Below, piece after piece: positions 1 to 12,977 of a stretch of 64,000 bases of DNA (position 1 is its first letter; every line of letters begins with the position of its first letter). The notes beneath the pieces were generated by a model. It was not told where the DNA came from. It ran no database searches and saw nothing but the letters and a program-made list of their open reading frames with translations. The translations under genes and the position numbers were made by a program. This stretch comes from Candidatus Latescibacterota bacterium (GTDB taxonomy: Bacteria; Latescibacterota; UBA2968; UBA8231), in the NCBI GenBank assembly GCA_965248355.1, contig OZ252098.1, positions 3,744,001-3,808,000 of the forward strand, written 5' to 3'.

Positions 1-639
1 GAGGCTGCGGCTCTCGTACAGCCAGCCCTGGCCCGATCCTCCCAACCACTGCCAGACCCGATTGGCCTGGGACCCCGGATTGGGGCTGAAGATCGTCCGG
101 AAAACGACCGCCGTGGCGATCATCGGGGTGATGTAGGGCAGGAAGAACAGAACCCGCAGGAAGCCGCGCGCCGTGAGGGTCCGGAACAACAGATAGGCCA
201 GCAACAGGGCCCCGCCGACCTCGAAGGGGATCGTGCCGAGGGCGTAGAAGATGGTGACCTTGACCGCGTTGATCAGGCGGATGTCGCCGTTGGAGCAGAG
301 GCCGACCAGCCCGACGAGCAGAGACAGGCCCCCCGCCAGCAGTACGAGGCCCCGCACCGCAGAGGCGGGCCGGTTGCGATCCGGGGACCCTCGGGTCCAC
401 AGGCCCAGGACGAGCCACAGAACGACCAGGCCTGCCACGGCGCACAGGATCCACTGCGGCTCTCCGAGGGCGCGCTCGTAGTGGCGCCACCCGACGAAGG
501 CCTCGCGCTTGATCCTCCACCTGTGCAGACTGACGAACAGGGCATAGCCGATCGGGAAAATCCCGAACAGGCCCAGCACGAGCAGTGCCGGGGACATGAG
601 CCCCCACGCCAGAAGGGTTTCGTCGCGGCGGCCTGTCAA
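1..639 (-). CDS. Carbohydrate ABC transporter permease (MalF/UgpA-like), 3' end runs off the window
   Basis: Hand translation of the - strand (not in the ORF track): LLAWGLMSPALLVLGLFGIFPIGYALFVSLHRW...FVGWRHY, later hydrophobic helices and FFLPYITP. Putative TTG start at 639. Confidence 0.75.
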   Translation of the reverse strand, partial: MTGRRDETLLAWGLMSPALLVLGLFGIFPIGYALFVSLHRWRIKREAFVGWRHYERALGEPQWILCAVAGLVVLWLVLGLWTRGSPDRNRPASAVRGLVLLAGGLSLLVGLVGLCSNGDIRLINAVKVTIFYALGTIPFEVGGALLLAYLLFRTLTARGFLRVLFFLPYITPMIATAVVFRTIFSPNPGSQANRVWQWLGGSGQGWLYESRSL

Positions 640-650
640 ACCGAAATGGA

Positions 651-683
651 AGCGTCCCCGGAGCGGGCGGCTCCGGGGACGCT
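651..683. terminator. 14-bp perfect hairpin downstream of the tRNA cluster (probable terminator or processing stem)
   Basis: agcgtccccggagc-gggcg-gctccggggacgct, about 28 nt 3' of tRNA-Gln; U-tract is weak. Confidence 0.55.
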
Positions 684-710
684 CGAAAAGCGTCACAGGC
701 GTGACGCCGG

Positions 711-784
711 TGGCTGCCCCCCAGGGATTCGAACCCCGATAACATGATCCAGAGTCATGTGTCCTACCATTGAACGAGGGGGCA
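711..784 (-). tRNA. tRNA-Gln(CTG)
   Basis: Cloverleaf tgccccc...gggggca-gcca; anticodon loop ctCTGga; GGTTCGAATCC T-arm; encoded CCA. Confidence 0.95.
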
Positions 785-797
785 TCGCGGCGGAATC

Positions 798-889
<92 letters not shown>

Positions 890-911
890 AAAGCGCGAGC
901 CGCGGTCATTC

Positions 912-1000
912 TGGCGGAGGGCGAGGGACTCGAACCCTCAAGGGTGTGTGAACCCGGCGGTTTTCAAGACCGCTGCCTTACCAATTAGGTCTAGCCCTCC
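912..1000 (-). tRNA. tRNA-Ser(TGA)
   Basis: ggagggc...gccctcc-gcca; gcggt-ctTGAaa-accgc anticodon arm; long variable arm. Confidence 0.92.
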
Positions 1001-1032
1001 ACAGGCCCCCTAGCTACGGCAAACCCGCAGAA

Positions 1033-1061
1033 AACATACGGCTCCGCGACTCTGCCGTCAA
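1033..1061 (-). promoter_or_regulatory. sigma70-type promoter of the tRNA operon
   Basis: - strand TTGACG-17 bp-TATGTT about 30 nt upstream of tRNA-Ser(TGA). Confidence 0.7.
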
Positions 1062-1141
1062 ACCGACGCCACCCGCGACAAAGCTACTAATTGCCTTATT
1101 TACAATAGGATATGAACGCGTCCCAAGCGCACGGGGATGCC

Positions 1142-3616
1142 TCAGCCGAGTTGGCCGTTGCCCTCGTCGGCGGCGGTTTCCCCGTCTGCCTCGTCGACTA
1201 CGATCCGGGTCATGTCGATGACCCGGTCCCCATCTTCGACGTTGATCACCCGTACTCCCTGGGTGTTTCGGCCGATGCACGAGATGCCCTCCACCGGCAA
1301 GCGGATCATGATCCCCTGCTGGGTGATGACCATGACTTCGTCATCATCGAGGACCTGCTTGCAGGACACGACCCGGCCGTTGCGCTCGGTCGTCTTGATG
1401 TCGATGACCCCCTTCCCGCCCCGCCGGATGCGAGGGTACTCCGAGGACTCCGTGCGCTTGCCATAGCCGTTCTCGCTGACCGTGAGCAGGGACCCCCGAT
1501 TGTCGAGCACTACCATCTCCACCACCTCGTCGGCGTCCCTGAGGTCGATCCCCTTCACGCCCGTCGATACCCGTCCCATGGGTCGCACATCTTCCTCGGA
1601 GAATCGGACAGCCATGCCTTGCCGGGTCGCCAGCAACACGTCCTGCCCCGTCTCGACCAGGCCGGAGCCGATCAGGTCGTCGTCGTCCTGGATCTTCAGA
1701 GCGATGATGCCGTCCCGGCGCACGTTGCCGTAGGCGGAGAGAACCGTCTTTTTCACCACCCCCTGGCGCGTCGCCGTGAACAGGAACCGGTCATCCGTGA
1801 ACGCATCCACGGCGACCACGGCGCGCACCTCGTCCCCTTCGGCCAATTGAAGAAGGTTGACCAAAGGCCGTCCCCGAGCGGTTCGCTCCCCTTCGGGTAT
1901 GCGGTAGACCTTGAGCCAGTGGCACTGACCGCGGGCCGTGAGGAAGAGGATGTAGGAATGCGTGGAGGCGGTGAACAGCCGCTCGACGAAGTCCTCCTCC
2001 TTGGTCCGCATGCCGGTGACGCCCCGCCCGCCCCGGTGCTGCGTCCGGTAGGCACTCGGCGACATTCGCTTGATGTAGCCCTCTCGGGAGATGGTCACCA
2101 CCATGTCCTCCCGGGGGATGAGATCCTCCACGTCGAACTCCTCCGCGGCGTAGACGATCTCGGTGCGACGCTCGTCGCCGAAGCGCTCGCGGATCTCGGA
2201 CAACTCCCGCTTGAGGATGTCCATCTGCATCTCACGGCTGTCGAGGACGGCGCGCAAGTGCGTGATGGCCTCCTGCAGCTCCTGGTACTCGGCCTCGACC
2301 TTCTCGCGCTCCAGGCCCGTGAGCCGCTGCAGGGGCATGGCCAGGATGGCGTTGGCCTGGATCTCGGACAGCTCGAACCCGCCCATCAGCCGGCTGCGCG
2401 CCTCGCCGGGGTCCGCCGAGCCGCGGATCAGCTGGATGACGGCGTCGATGTTGTCGAGGGCGACACGCAGGCCCGCCAGGAGATGGGCACGCGCTTCCGC
2501 CCTGGACAGGTCAAAGCGCGCGCGCCGCAGCACGACCTGGTGACGGTGGGACAGGTAGTGCTCGCACAGGCGCTTCAGGTTGAGCGTCTCGGGCCGGCCT
2601 TCGACGATGGCGATGGCATTGATCCCGAAGTTCTGCTGCAACATGGAATGGCTGAACAACTGGTTGAGGACGACCTCGCTCTGGGCCCCGCGCTTCAACT
2701 CGATCACGATGCGCAGTCCATCCCGGCCCGATTCGTCGCGCAGGTTGGAGATATCCTCCACGACCTTGTTGCGCACGAGCTCGGCCATCTTCTGCAGCAG
2801 CGTCGACTTGTCGACGAGGAAGGGGATCTCGGTGACGATGATCCGGTCGCGGCCGTCGCGCTGCTCCTCCACGTGTGTGCGCGCTCGAAGCTGGACGATC
2901 CCCTGCCCCGTCCGGTAGGCGCGGCGCACGCCGGCCATGCCGTGAATGACCCCTCCGGTGGGAAAGTCGGGGGCCTTGACGTGCTCCATCACGGAATCGA
3001 TGGTCATCTCCGGGTCGTCGATCAGCGCCGTGAGGGCGTCGCAGACCTCGGTGACGTTGTGGGGCGGAATCTTGGTGGCGTAGGCCACGGAGATCCCAAC
3101 CGACCCGTTGCACAGGAGGTTGGGGAACCGCGACGGCAGGACGGACGGCTCCGTGCGGGTCTCGTCGTAGTTGTCGACCATGTCGACGGTGTCGCGCTCG
3201 AGCTCCGCGAGCATCTCGACCGTGGCCGTGGTCATGCGGGCCTCGGTGTAGCGCATGGCCGCCGGGGGGTAACCGTCGATGGAGCCGAAGTTGCCTTGGC
3301 CGTCCACAAGGGGGTAGCGCAGCCGAAAGTCCTGGGCCAGATGCACGAGGGTTGCGTACACGCCCTCATCCCCGTGGGGATGGTAGTTGCCGGAAGTGTC
3401 ACCGGAGATCTTGGCGCACTTCCGGAAGCCGCGGCCAGGGGCCAGGCTGAGGTCGTTCATGGCCACCAGAATGCGACGCTGGGATGGCTTCAGGCCGTCG
3501 CGCACGTCGGGCAGGGCCCGTGCCGTGATGGCGCTCATGGCGTAGTCGAGGAAGGAGGTCTTGAGCTCTTCCTCGATTTTCACCGGGATGATGCGGGGGT
3601 CTCGCTGTTCGAGCAT
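1142..3616 (-). CDS. gyrA: DNA gyrase subunit A
   Basis: [25 protein letters not shown] catalytic Tyr, GyrA-box QHRGGRG, C-terminal pinwheel repeats. Confidence 0.98.
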   Translation of the reverse strand: MLEQRDPRIIPVKIEEELKTSFLDYAMSAITARALPDVRDGLKPSQRRILVAMNDLSLAPGRGFRKCAKISGDTSGNYHPHGDEGVYATLVHLAQDFRLRYPLVDGQGNFGSIDGYPPAAMRYTEARMTTATVEMLAELERDTVDMVDNYDETRTEPSVLPSRFPNLLCNGSVGISVAYATKIPPHNVTEVCDALTALIDDPEMTIDSVMEHVKAPDFPTGGVIHGMAGVRRAYRTGQGIVQLRARTHVEEQRDGRDRIIVTEIPFLVDKSTLLQKMAELVRNKVVEDISNLRDESGRDGLRIVIELKRGAQSEVVLNQLFSHSMLQQNFGINAIAIVEGRPETLNLKRLCEHYLSHRHQVVLRRARFDLSRAEARAHLLAGLRVALDNIDAVIQLIRGSADPGEARSRLMGGFELSEIQANAILAMPLQRLTGLEREKVEAEYQELQEAITHLRAVLDSREMQMDILKRELSEIRERFGDERRTEIVYAAEEFDVEDLIPREDMVVTISREGYIKRMSPSAYRTQHRGGRGVTGMRTKEEDFVERLFTASTHSYILFLTARGQCHWLKVYRIPEGERTARGRPLVNLLQLAEGDEVRAVVAVDAFTDDRFLFTATRQGVVKKTVLSAYGNVRRDGIIALKIQDDDDLIGSGLVETGQDVLLATRQGMAVRFSEEDVRPMGRVSTGVKGIDLRDADEVVEMVVLDNRGSLLTVSENGYGKRTESSEYPRIRRGGKGVIDIKTTERNGRVVSCKQVLDDDEVMVITQQGIMIRLPVEGISCIGRNTQGVRVINVEDGDRVIDMTRIVVDEADGETAADEGNGQLG

Positions 3617-3662
3617 GGTCTGGGGTCCGGGGTGAGGGAACGGGGGAGGCAGCCCCCGCGGG

Positions 3663-6011
<2,349 letters not shown>

Positions 6012-6015
<4 letters not shown>

Positions 6016-7112
6016 GGCGCCACCTCGATGCGCTTGAAGCGATCCCCCACGTCCTCTCCAGAAACCCTCGCCGCCGTCAGAATGACCTGCTCGAAGTCAT
6101 CGGTCAGAGTCAGCAACCGGCGGGATCGCGTCTGGTCCAGTTCGGAGAACACATCGTCCAGCAGCAGGACAGGCTGGCTCCCGGTCCGGGCTTCAAGGAA
6201 CCGGGCCTCGGCCATCTTCCAGGAAAGCAGAAGGCTCTTCAGCTGGCCCTGCGAGCCGTAGGTGTCGGCCGAGGTCCCGGCGAGAGAAAAGGCGAGGGAG
6301 TCACGATGGGGCCCGTACAGGGTATGCCCGGCTCGCTCCTCGCGCACCGGGTCGGCGTCGAACTCGGCCAGCAAGCCCTGCTCGAGCTGCTCGGCCGCGG
6401 GCACATCCTCTATGGATCCAGGCACGGCTTCCGAGCGATAGGTGATCCCGGCCGGCTCCTTACCCATGCTGAAAGTCTCATAGCAGCGCACGAAGGGCGG
6501 CATCATTTCCGCGAGTGTCTCAAGGCGCAGACGGCGAACCGTTCCCCCGGGGGCGGCCAGTTGCTCTTCCCACACCCGCCGCTCGGCCGGGTCGGGCCGA
6601 CGGCCTGCCAAGTTGCGCAGAAAATGGTTCCGCTGTGCAAGCACGCGGTTGTAGCGCTGCAGACTCTGGAGGTATTCCGGGCGTGCTTGCGACAAGAGGA
6701 TATCGAGGAGGCGGCGGCGCTGTGAAGCGAAATGAAGGATGAGGGTGACGTCCTCGGGTGCGAAGTGGACGGTGCGGAATTGGCTGACCAAGTCCGAAAC
6801 TCGGGGCAGGGCAACACCGTCGAGAAATGCGCACTTGCCCTCCGACCCGCTGTAGAAGACCCTGCACTGGCGCTCACGAAGTCCGTCTTCCCACACACTC
6901 CGAATGTCGAAATGGTCCCTGTCATGGGGAACCACCTCCTGATCCCGAGCCCCCCGGATGGACTTGCCGATCGACAGATAGGTGATGGACTCCAGAACAT
7001 TGCTCTTGCCCCGACCGTTTTCGCCGACGATCAGGGAGCCCCTTCGATCCAGATCCAGATCGAGGCGGGCAAAATTCCGGTAGGGCTCCAGGCGAAGCTG
7101 CCGAATACGCAC
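6012..7112 (-). CDS. recF: DNA replication/repair protein RecF
   Basis: GENGRGKSN Walker A, GPHRD, SQGQ, LLLDDVFSELD. Confidence 0.96.
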
Positions 7113-7148
7113 CGCCCGAAGACCCTGTTCCCGATCCCATTCGCAGGG

Positions 7149-8309
7149 TCAGCTGCTGGGACGCATGGGCATAAGCAGATAGTAGGCGTCCTCACCTTCC
7201 AGCTGCTCGGCCGGACGTACGATGGCGGCGGTCACCGAGTCTCGTAGATCCACGATGACCTCTTCCGAACCGACCTTGCGCAGGATCTCCATCATGTAAT
7301 GAGAATTGTACGCGACCTCGATGGCATCGGCACTGTAGTCCGCGGGTAGGGTTTCCCGGGCCTCACCACCGATCTCCTGACTGGAAGCGGTCAGTTCCAC
7401 CAACCCCTCTCGGAGGCCAACCCGCACTTGATGCGTGTATGAGCTGGATAGGACGGATGCTCGTCGAAGGGCCGGCAGGAGCTGATCCACCGGGATCGTC
7501 AGGCGTTTGTCGTTCTCCCGCGGCACAACCTGTTCATAGTCGACATAGGGTCCTTCGATAAGCCGCGACAGCAACTGTGTCTCGTCCACTTGGAACAAGA
7601 TCTGACTTTCGCCTAACACAACCTCTCCCAGACTCTCCGGGTTCTCCAGCAACTTTCCCAGCTGTCCACACGTCTGCGGTGGCAGGATGGCCTCGGCGGA
7701 ACCGTCGACTCCGGTTCCTCCCTCCCAGGTGCGCCGAAACTCGGCCAGTCGACTACCATCCGTGGCCACCATGGACATTAGTTCGGGCCCGATTCTCCAC
7801 AGGACCCCGTTGAGCACCGGGCGGGTCTCGTCATGGGAAACGGCGAAGCTGGTCTTTTCGATCATCGTGCGAAAGAGTGCCCCATCGAGGGGGGTATCTG
7901 CCCGGAAGGACAGCCGCAACCCCTGGAGATCATCGGGCATCTCAGGAAACTCTTCAGGTGACGTCACTGGCAGCGAGTAACGGCCCTCCCCGCCAGAACC
8001 TTCCCCAAGAGGTCCGGAGAGTACGAGATGACCGTCTTCCATTACGAGACTGATGACCGATTCCGGCCACTCTCTGGTTATCTCCGCCAAAGTCCGGGCT
8101 GGCACTGTAATGCGCCCCGGTGTATCGACAGCTGCCGTCACACGGGTCCGGATCGACAGATCCAGATCGGTCGCCGAGAGCGTCAGACGATCTCCTTGCC
8201 CCCCGAGCAGGACATTGGACAGGACCGGTTGAGCCGGCTTGGAAGCAACTGCATCCAGAACCGTGCTCAGACCCCGCCAGAGTTCATTACGTTCGACAGT
8301 GAGCTTCAT
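7149..8309 (-). CDS. dnaN: DNA polymerase III beta clamp
   Basis: ATDLDL, DETRPVLNGV, VATDGSRL, SRLIEGPY, LLMPMR. Confidence 0.97.
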   Translation of the reverse strand: MKLTVERNELWRGLSTVLDAVASKPAQPVLSNVLLGGQGDRLTLSATDLDLSIRTRVTAAVDTPGRITVPARTLAEITREWPESVISLVMEDGHLVLSGPLGEGSGGEGRYSLPVTSPEEFPEMPDDLQGLRLSFRADTPLDGALFRTMIEKTSFAVSHDETRPVLNGVLWRIGPELMSMVATDGSRLAEFRRTWEGGTGVDGSAEAILPPQTCGQLGKLLENPESLGEVVLGESQILFQVDETQLLSRLIEGPYVDYEQVVPRENDKRLTIPVDQLLPALRRASVLSSSYTHQVRVGLREGLVELTASSQEIGGEARETLPADYSADAIEVAYNSHYMMEILRKVGSEEVIVDLRDSVTAAIVRPAEQLEGEDAYYLLMPMRPSS

Positions 8310-8477
8310 CCGTTCCTTCCTACTGATCGAGCGACCCGAAGCAGAAGTAAGGACTCCTGGAGTTCCGTGTGCGGTCTATTTCAGGTCTTGTGTCGAAGAA
8401 TCCCGGACCGCCGGCTATGGAAGGGGGATGCGCCATGCGGTCCAGGGTAAAGCCTGTCTGATGTCCGTCAGCATCTA

Positions 8478-8508
8478 TAATATAGGTATAGGGGTGATTG
8501 ACCGTCAA
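8478..8508 (-). promoter_or_regulatory. Probable promoter of dnaN-recF-dciA-gyrBA, overlapped by a 17-bp palindrome (8495-8511)
   Basis: - strand TTGACG-18 bp-TATATT. Confidence 0.55.
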
Positions 8509-8559
8509 TCAGGCCGTTCGGGGGTTCCCGGGGGGCAAGAGCCTCTTTCAAAGACATTC

Positions 8560-8866
8560 GTCCCCAAAGAGTAGTAGATAAGGGTTAGGCCCTTATGAGT
8601 TCCCTATCTCCATATTACTGCTTATATCCCTGTGGATTCGTTGAAAGAACCGCGACCAGGGATGGGATAACGTCTATAAATGTAATATAAACAATTGGAT
8701 ACCTCATATATCCCCGGTCCTGATCGGCGGTTGGCCCCAAAGGGCTCGGGGCATAGTTATCAACAGGTACAAACGCTTATCAGGATGGCACTCCCTGACA
8801 AGTGAGATTATTAACACTGATGCCTGGATATCCACATCTTTTGTTGAGATGTATGTTGATTATAAT
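8560..8866. other. oriC: Chromosomal replication origin (oriC) in the dnaA-dnaN intergenic region
   Basis: AT-rich island in a high-GC background. DnaA-box-like TGTGGATTC 8631, TTATCAACA 8757, TTATTAACA 8808, ATATCCACA 8828, TGTTGATTA 8854. Gene orientation flips nearby. Confidence 0.8.
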
Positions 8867-10273
8867 CTAATCGATTTGTGTCAGCCGGCGGATTTCTTCT
8901 GAGAGAGACTCGACAATGCGGGCGAAAGCCGGATCCTGATTGCACTTCCTGTCCACCGTCTGAACGGCGTGAACCACGGTACTATGATCTCGGTTCCCAA
9001 AGTGAAGGCCAATGACCTTCAAAGGACTCTTGGTGTGTCGTTTGACCAGATACATGGCGATCTGTCTGGGGCCAGCTATCTCTCGCTTGCGGGTCTTCCC
9101 TATCAAGAGTTCCGGCGTCAGATCGAAATGGTCAGCGACTCTCCTCTGGATCCCTTCAATGGAAGGACGGGTGTTCTGCGTTGTATTCCGTTGCTGTACG
9201 ACCTTCCGAGCTGCATCCACGCTGAGCTCGACCTGATTGACAGCGCAGTAGGCCATGATGTGGTTCAGGGCACCCTCGAGTTCGCGAATATTGGAGCTGA
9301 TGTAGCTGCCGAGGAAATTGGCGACCTCTTCTGGGAGAGGGATTCCGTTGATCTCCGCTTTCTTCTGAAGGATTGCGATACGGGTCTCGAGGTCCGGAGG
9401 TTCGATACTGGTGACCAGGCCCCATTGGAAGCGGGAGATCAGTCGTTCCTCGAGTCCCTTCAGGTCGCCCGGGGGACTGTCGCAGGTCATGACGATCTGC
9501 CGGCCGTTCTGGTGCAGTGTATTAAAGGTGTGGAAAAATTCGTTCTGTGTGCCCTCACTACGGATCAGGAACTGTATATCGTCGACGAGCAGCACGTTGA
9601 CGGAACGATAGAGCCGCTGAAAATCAGACGTCTTCTGCTGTCGCAGGGACTCGATGAAATCGCTCAGGAATTTCTCGGCCGTGACGTAGACGATGCGCTG
9701 GCCGGACTCGCTGCCCAACAGGTAGTGCCCGATGGCCTGAAGCAGATGTGTCTTGCCGAGACCGACTCCCCCGTGCACGACAAGGGGATTGAACTGTGTC
9801 TTGCCGGGCGATTGGGAGACGGCCTGGGCGGCTGCGTAGGGGAGGCGAGTGCCCTCTCCGACGACGAACGTATCGAACACATACCGCTCATTGAGCGGCA
9901 TGTGGAGGGGTGATGCGGTGTCGATGGGCTCCTCGTCGATCGATTCCTGCCCGGCTTCCGGCTCGTCCGCAGGGCGCGAAGGCACTTCGCCGGGACCCGG
10001 GTGGCTGGAGGTGCTCCTCTCATCGAGGACGGCGAAGGAGACGCGAGGGCACAGGCCGGTTTCTTCTTCGACGACGGACTGGATCAGCGGCAGGTAGTTG
10101 CTCTGGACGAAGTGGGCGAAGTAGGAGCTGCAAACCTCGATTTCCAGCATTTCCTCGTCGAATCGGCGGGCCGTGGTGGGCCGGAACCAAGTATTGAACG
10201 TCTGGGGTCGTCGAAGTCTCCGCTCGATATTGAGCAGGCACTGAGCCCAGAGCTCTCGTACGTCCTCTGACAT
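8867..10273 (-). CDS. dnaA: Chromosomal replication initiator DnaA
   Basis: TFNTWF, FNPL..HGGVGLGKTHL, LLVDDIQF, SNIRELEG, RDHSTV. Start taken at MSEDV. Confidence 0.98.
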   Translation of the reverse strand: MSEDVRELWAQCLLNIERRLRRPQTFNTWFRPTTARRFDEEMLEIEVCSSYFAHFVQSNYLPLIQSVVEEETGLCPRVSFAVLDERSTSSHPGPGEVPSRPADEPEAGQESIDEEPIDTASPLHMPLNERYVFDTFVVGEGTRLPYAAAQAVSQSPGKTQFNPLVVHGGVGLGKTHLLQAIGHYLLGSESGQRIVYVTAEKFLSDFIESLRQQKTSDFQRLYRSVNVLLVDDIQFLIRSEGTQNEFFHTFNTLHQNGRQIVMTCDSPPGDLKGLEERLISRFQWGLVTSIEPPDLETRIAILQKKAEINGIPLPEEVANFLGSYISSNIRELEGALNHIMAYCAVNQVELSVDAARKVVQQRNTTQNTRPSIEGIQRRVADHFDLTPELLIGKTRKREIAGPRQIAMYLVKRHTKSPLKVIGLHFGNRDHSTVVHAVQTVDRKCNQDPAFARIVESLSEEIRRLTQID

Positions 10274-10483
10274 GGGGGAGTCGACCAGGAAATTGAAGCG
10301 CCGAACTGCTGCGGACTGCGGACCGATACCGAGCGACAAGGCGGGTTGGGGAATCACGATGTCCCCCCGGCATTCGGCGGCGCTTTAGAGTAGTGCCCGG
10401 CCACTGGGTCGTCAAGGATCGCTGCCCCGTTGGAGACGCGCCTGACGCGGTTCCCCGGGTCCCGGCTTTCATTCCCCCGAAAA

Positions 10484-10513
10484 TTGACAGATCGGGAGCA
10501 AGGGTCGTAGCTT
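10484..10513 (+). promoter_or_regulatory. sigma70 promoter of the rpmH operon
   Basis: TTGACA-18 bp-TAGCTT. Confidence 0.7.
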
Positions 10514-10578
10514 GATCCTCTTCTACGCATCGATCTCCCAGAGATATACGGGGTCACCCTCTTCCAGGTCCTGTCATC

Positions 10579-10713
10579 GTGAAGCGGACCTTTCAGCCGA
10601 GCCAAAGGCGGCGCAGAAACAAGCACGGCTTCCGAAAGCGCATGCGCACGCCCGCCGGGCGGGCCATCCTTTCGCGTCGCCGGAAGCGGGGTCGCAAGCG
10701 TCTGGCCGTCTGA
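10579..10713 (+). CDS. rpmH: 50S ribosomal protein L34
   Basis: GTG start; [44 protein letters not shown] (below the ORF-track cutoff). Confidence 0.97.
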   Translation: MKRTFQPSQRRRRNKHGFRKRMRTPAGRAILSRRRKRGRKRLAV

Positions 10714-10742
10714 TAAGTGGGCCCCCCGGACGGCACGTCCGA

Positions 10743-11021
10743 ATGCCGTGGTCGAAAGGATCGCTTCTCTGGATTCGCCGGGGCCGGACGCCTTCCGGTG
10801 TGGTCTTCGTCCTGCGCAGATCCCTCGGAAACGCCGTTCGGCGCAACCGGCTCCGTCGGCGCCTCCGCCACATCTGCCGAGAGCTCCCATCTCCGGTCGC
10901 CGCGGGCCTCGTGGTCCTCGCTTTGCCGTCGGCTCCCGAATCCTCCTTTACGGCGCTGCGCACTGAGTTGACCGGACTCGTACAGACCCTGGAGGATCAA
11001 GAGCCCGAGAGCTTCACTTGA
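10743..11021 (+). CDS. rnpA: Ribonuclease P protein component (short)
   Basis: RNR motif GNAVRRNRLRRRLR; lies between rpmH and yidD; start uncertain. Confidence 0.8.
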   Translation: MPWSKGSLLWIRRGRTPSGVVFVLRRSLGNAVRRNRLRRRLRHICRELPSPVAAGLVVLALPSAPESSFTALRTELTGLVQTLEDQEPESFT

Positions 11022-11233
11022 AGGCTCTCCTTTCCGGCGCGATCCGTCTCTACCAGCTGTTGTTGTCCCCGCTGATCCCCCCGCATTGCCGTTTCCAACC
11101 GACTTGCTCCGAGTACGCCCTGATGTCCATCAGCCGGCATGGTGCCCGGGCCGGATTGTGGCGGACTCTGGTGCGGCTGTGCCGGTGCCACCCCCTCGGG
11201 AGATCAGGCTACGATCCCGTGGACCAAGGATAG
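11018..11233 (+). CDS. yidD: Membrane protein insertion efficiency factor
   Basis: CRFQPTCSEY...RCHP...GYDPV. Confidence 0.95.
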   Translation: MKALLSGAIRLYQLLLSPLIPPHCRFQPTCSEYALMSISRHGARAGLWRTLVRLCRCHPLGRSGYDPVDQG

Positions 11234-12946
11234 ATGGACGACAAGCGTACGATCATCGCCATGCTGCTGGTCGGCCTCATTTTCCTCTTGATGCCTGCCT
11301 ACTACGAAGTGGTTGGCGTTTCGGAACCACCCCCCGAGCCCGAGCCCGAGTCCTCTCCCGAGGAGCGGGAGTCGCGCAAGGACACGACGAGCATTTCTCC
11401 CGCGGGAGTTCCGCCGGGGCCCGCCGTCTCGCCCGAGGTTTCGAAGGCACCGTCGCAGGAATCGGAGCGTGCCCCGCAGGAAACCCCACGGGAACGACAT
11501 GTGACCATCGAGACCCCGCTGCAGCGGCTTCGGTTCAGCACCCGCGGGGGCGTGCTTGTCGGAGCAGGACTGCCACAGTATTCCCAAGGGACCGGTGGCC
11601 CCCTCGAACTGATGCCCAGCGGCGGTCATGGCCTGGGTCTGACCATACAGCCGGAGGCCGGAGAGGACGTGCTTGTCGACCTCGACGGATGGCATTTCGA
11701 GCCTGATCGCGAACGCCTTCGTGTGGAGGCCGGCGGGGAGGGTCGGCTGAGGCTGCGGGCCGAGCTGGGAGATGGCCGGTCGGTCGAGAAGGTCCTCGTC
11801 GTGCGGGGGGATCAGTATGGCCTGCAGGTCGGCGTCTCACTACACGGCTTTCCGAATGATTCGATTGCGCGTCTTTCCTGGCATCGCGGTATCGCCCTGG
11901 CGGAGCGCGAGGCCGACCTCGACCTGCAATCGATGAAAGCCCTGGCCCACATCAATGGGAGCCTCTACGACATCCAGGTGGATGAAGACGAGGAGGCCTC
12001 CGAGAGCCAGCGAGGGATCGTGCAATGGGTGGGAGTTCGCAACAAGTACTTCCTCTGTGCCCTCGCCCCCGACTCGGAGGCCCGACATCGTGTGGCCCTT
12101 ACGGGGCGGCCGCTCACCCATCCCCCGTACAGGGACTATGGATTTGTCCTCGGCACACGCTGGGGCGATGTGGAGGATGGACACTGGAGCCTGCTGCTCT
12201 ATCTGGGTCCCCTGGATCTTGAGCAGGTGGGCCGCTACGACCGCGACTTCGACCGCGCCATGGACCTGGGATTCCCTGTTGTGCGCCAGATCGCGACCGT
12301 GGTGCTAACACTGTTTGTCGCAGCGTACTCCATTGTTCCCAACTACGGGTGGGTCATTGTCCTCTTCGGCGTGATCGTGAAGATCCTCGTATACCCCTTG
12401 ACCCACAAATCCTATGAGTCGGCGGCGCGGATGCAGGAGCTGCAGCCCAAGATTGCCTCTTTGCGGGAGAAATACAAGAACAACAACCAGAAGCTGAGTC
12501 AGGAGACCATGAAGCTCTACCGCGCCGAGGGCGTGAATCCTCTCGGCGGATGTCTGCCCCTCCTCCTTCAGATGCCGATCTTCATCGCCCTGTATCAAGT
12601 CTTCTCCAGCGCCATCCAGTTGCGCCAGACACCCTGGATGCTGTGGGTGGACGATTTGTCGCTCCCCGACACCGTGGCCATCGGCGGTTTCGAGCTCCAC
12701 GTGCTGCCGTTGTTGATGTCAGCGGCCATGTTTGTCCAGTCCAAGATGACAATGAAGGACCCCAAGCAGGCAGCGCTTGTCTACGTGATGCCGGTGGTCA
12801 TGGTCTTCATCATGTGGAATTTCTCCTCGGGTCTCGTCCTGTACTGGACCGTGTTCAACGTGCTCCAGATCGCTCAGCAGCACCTCACAAACTATCTCAA
12901 GAAAAAGAAGCAAGCGGTCGTCTCTGCCGTCCCCGTTCGCGGCTGA
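11234..12946 (+). CDS. yidC: Membrane protein insertase YidC
   Basis: NYGW.I, KILVYPLT, VNPLGGCLPLLLQMPIF, GLVLYW. Confidence 0.96.
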   Translation: MDDKRTIIAMLLVGLIFLLMPAYYEVVGVSEPPPEPEPESSPEERESRKDTTSISPAGVPPGPAVSPEVSKAPSQESERAPQETPRERHVTIETPLQRLRFSTRGGVLVGAGLPQYSQGTGGPLELMPSGGHGLGLTIQPEAGEDVLVDLDGWHFEPDRERLRVEAGGEGRLRLRAELGDGRSVEKVLVVRGDQYGLQVGVSLHGFPNDSIARLSWHRGIALAEREADLDLQSMKALAHINGSLYDIQVDEDEEASESQRGIVQWVGVRNKYFLCALAPDSEARHRVALTGRPLTHPPYRDYGFVLGTRWGDVEDGHWSLLLYLGPLDLEQVGRYDRDFDRAMDLGFPVVRQIATVVLTLFVAAYSIVPNYGWVIVLFGVIVKILVYPLTHKSYESAARMQELQPKIASLREKYKNNNQKLSQETMKLYRAEGVNPLGGCLPLLLQMPIFIALYQVFSSAIQLRQTPWMLWVDDLSLPDTVAIGGFELHVLPLLMSAAMFVQSKMTMKDPKQAALVYVMPVVMVFIMWNFSSGLVLYWTVFNVLQIAQQHLTNYLKKKKQAVVSAVPVRG

Positions 12947-12977
12947 CCCGGGGTCCCGCGGCCGGCGGCCAGCTGGT

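Noticed and set aside
8320..8508. 62-aa ORF upstream of dnaN
   Set aside because: Its start is the -35 hexamer of the predicted promoter; no SD or coding bias.
8570..8600. TAGTAG run as DnaA-trios, and the ataaggg/cccttat inverted repeat
   Set aside because: Only 2-3 trios, about 50 bp from the nearest box rather than adjacent; too weak to call.
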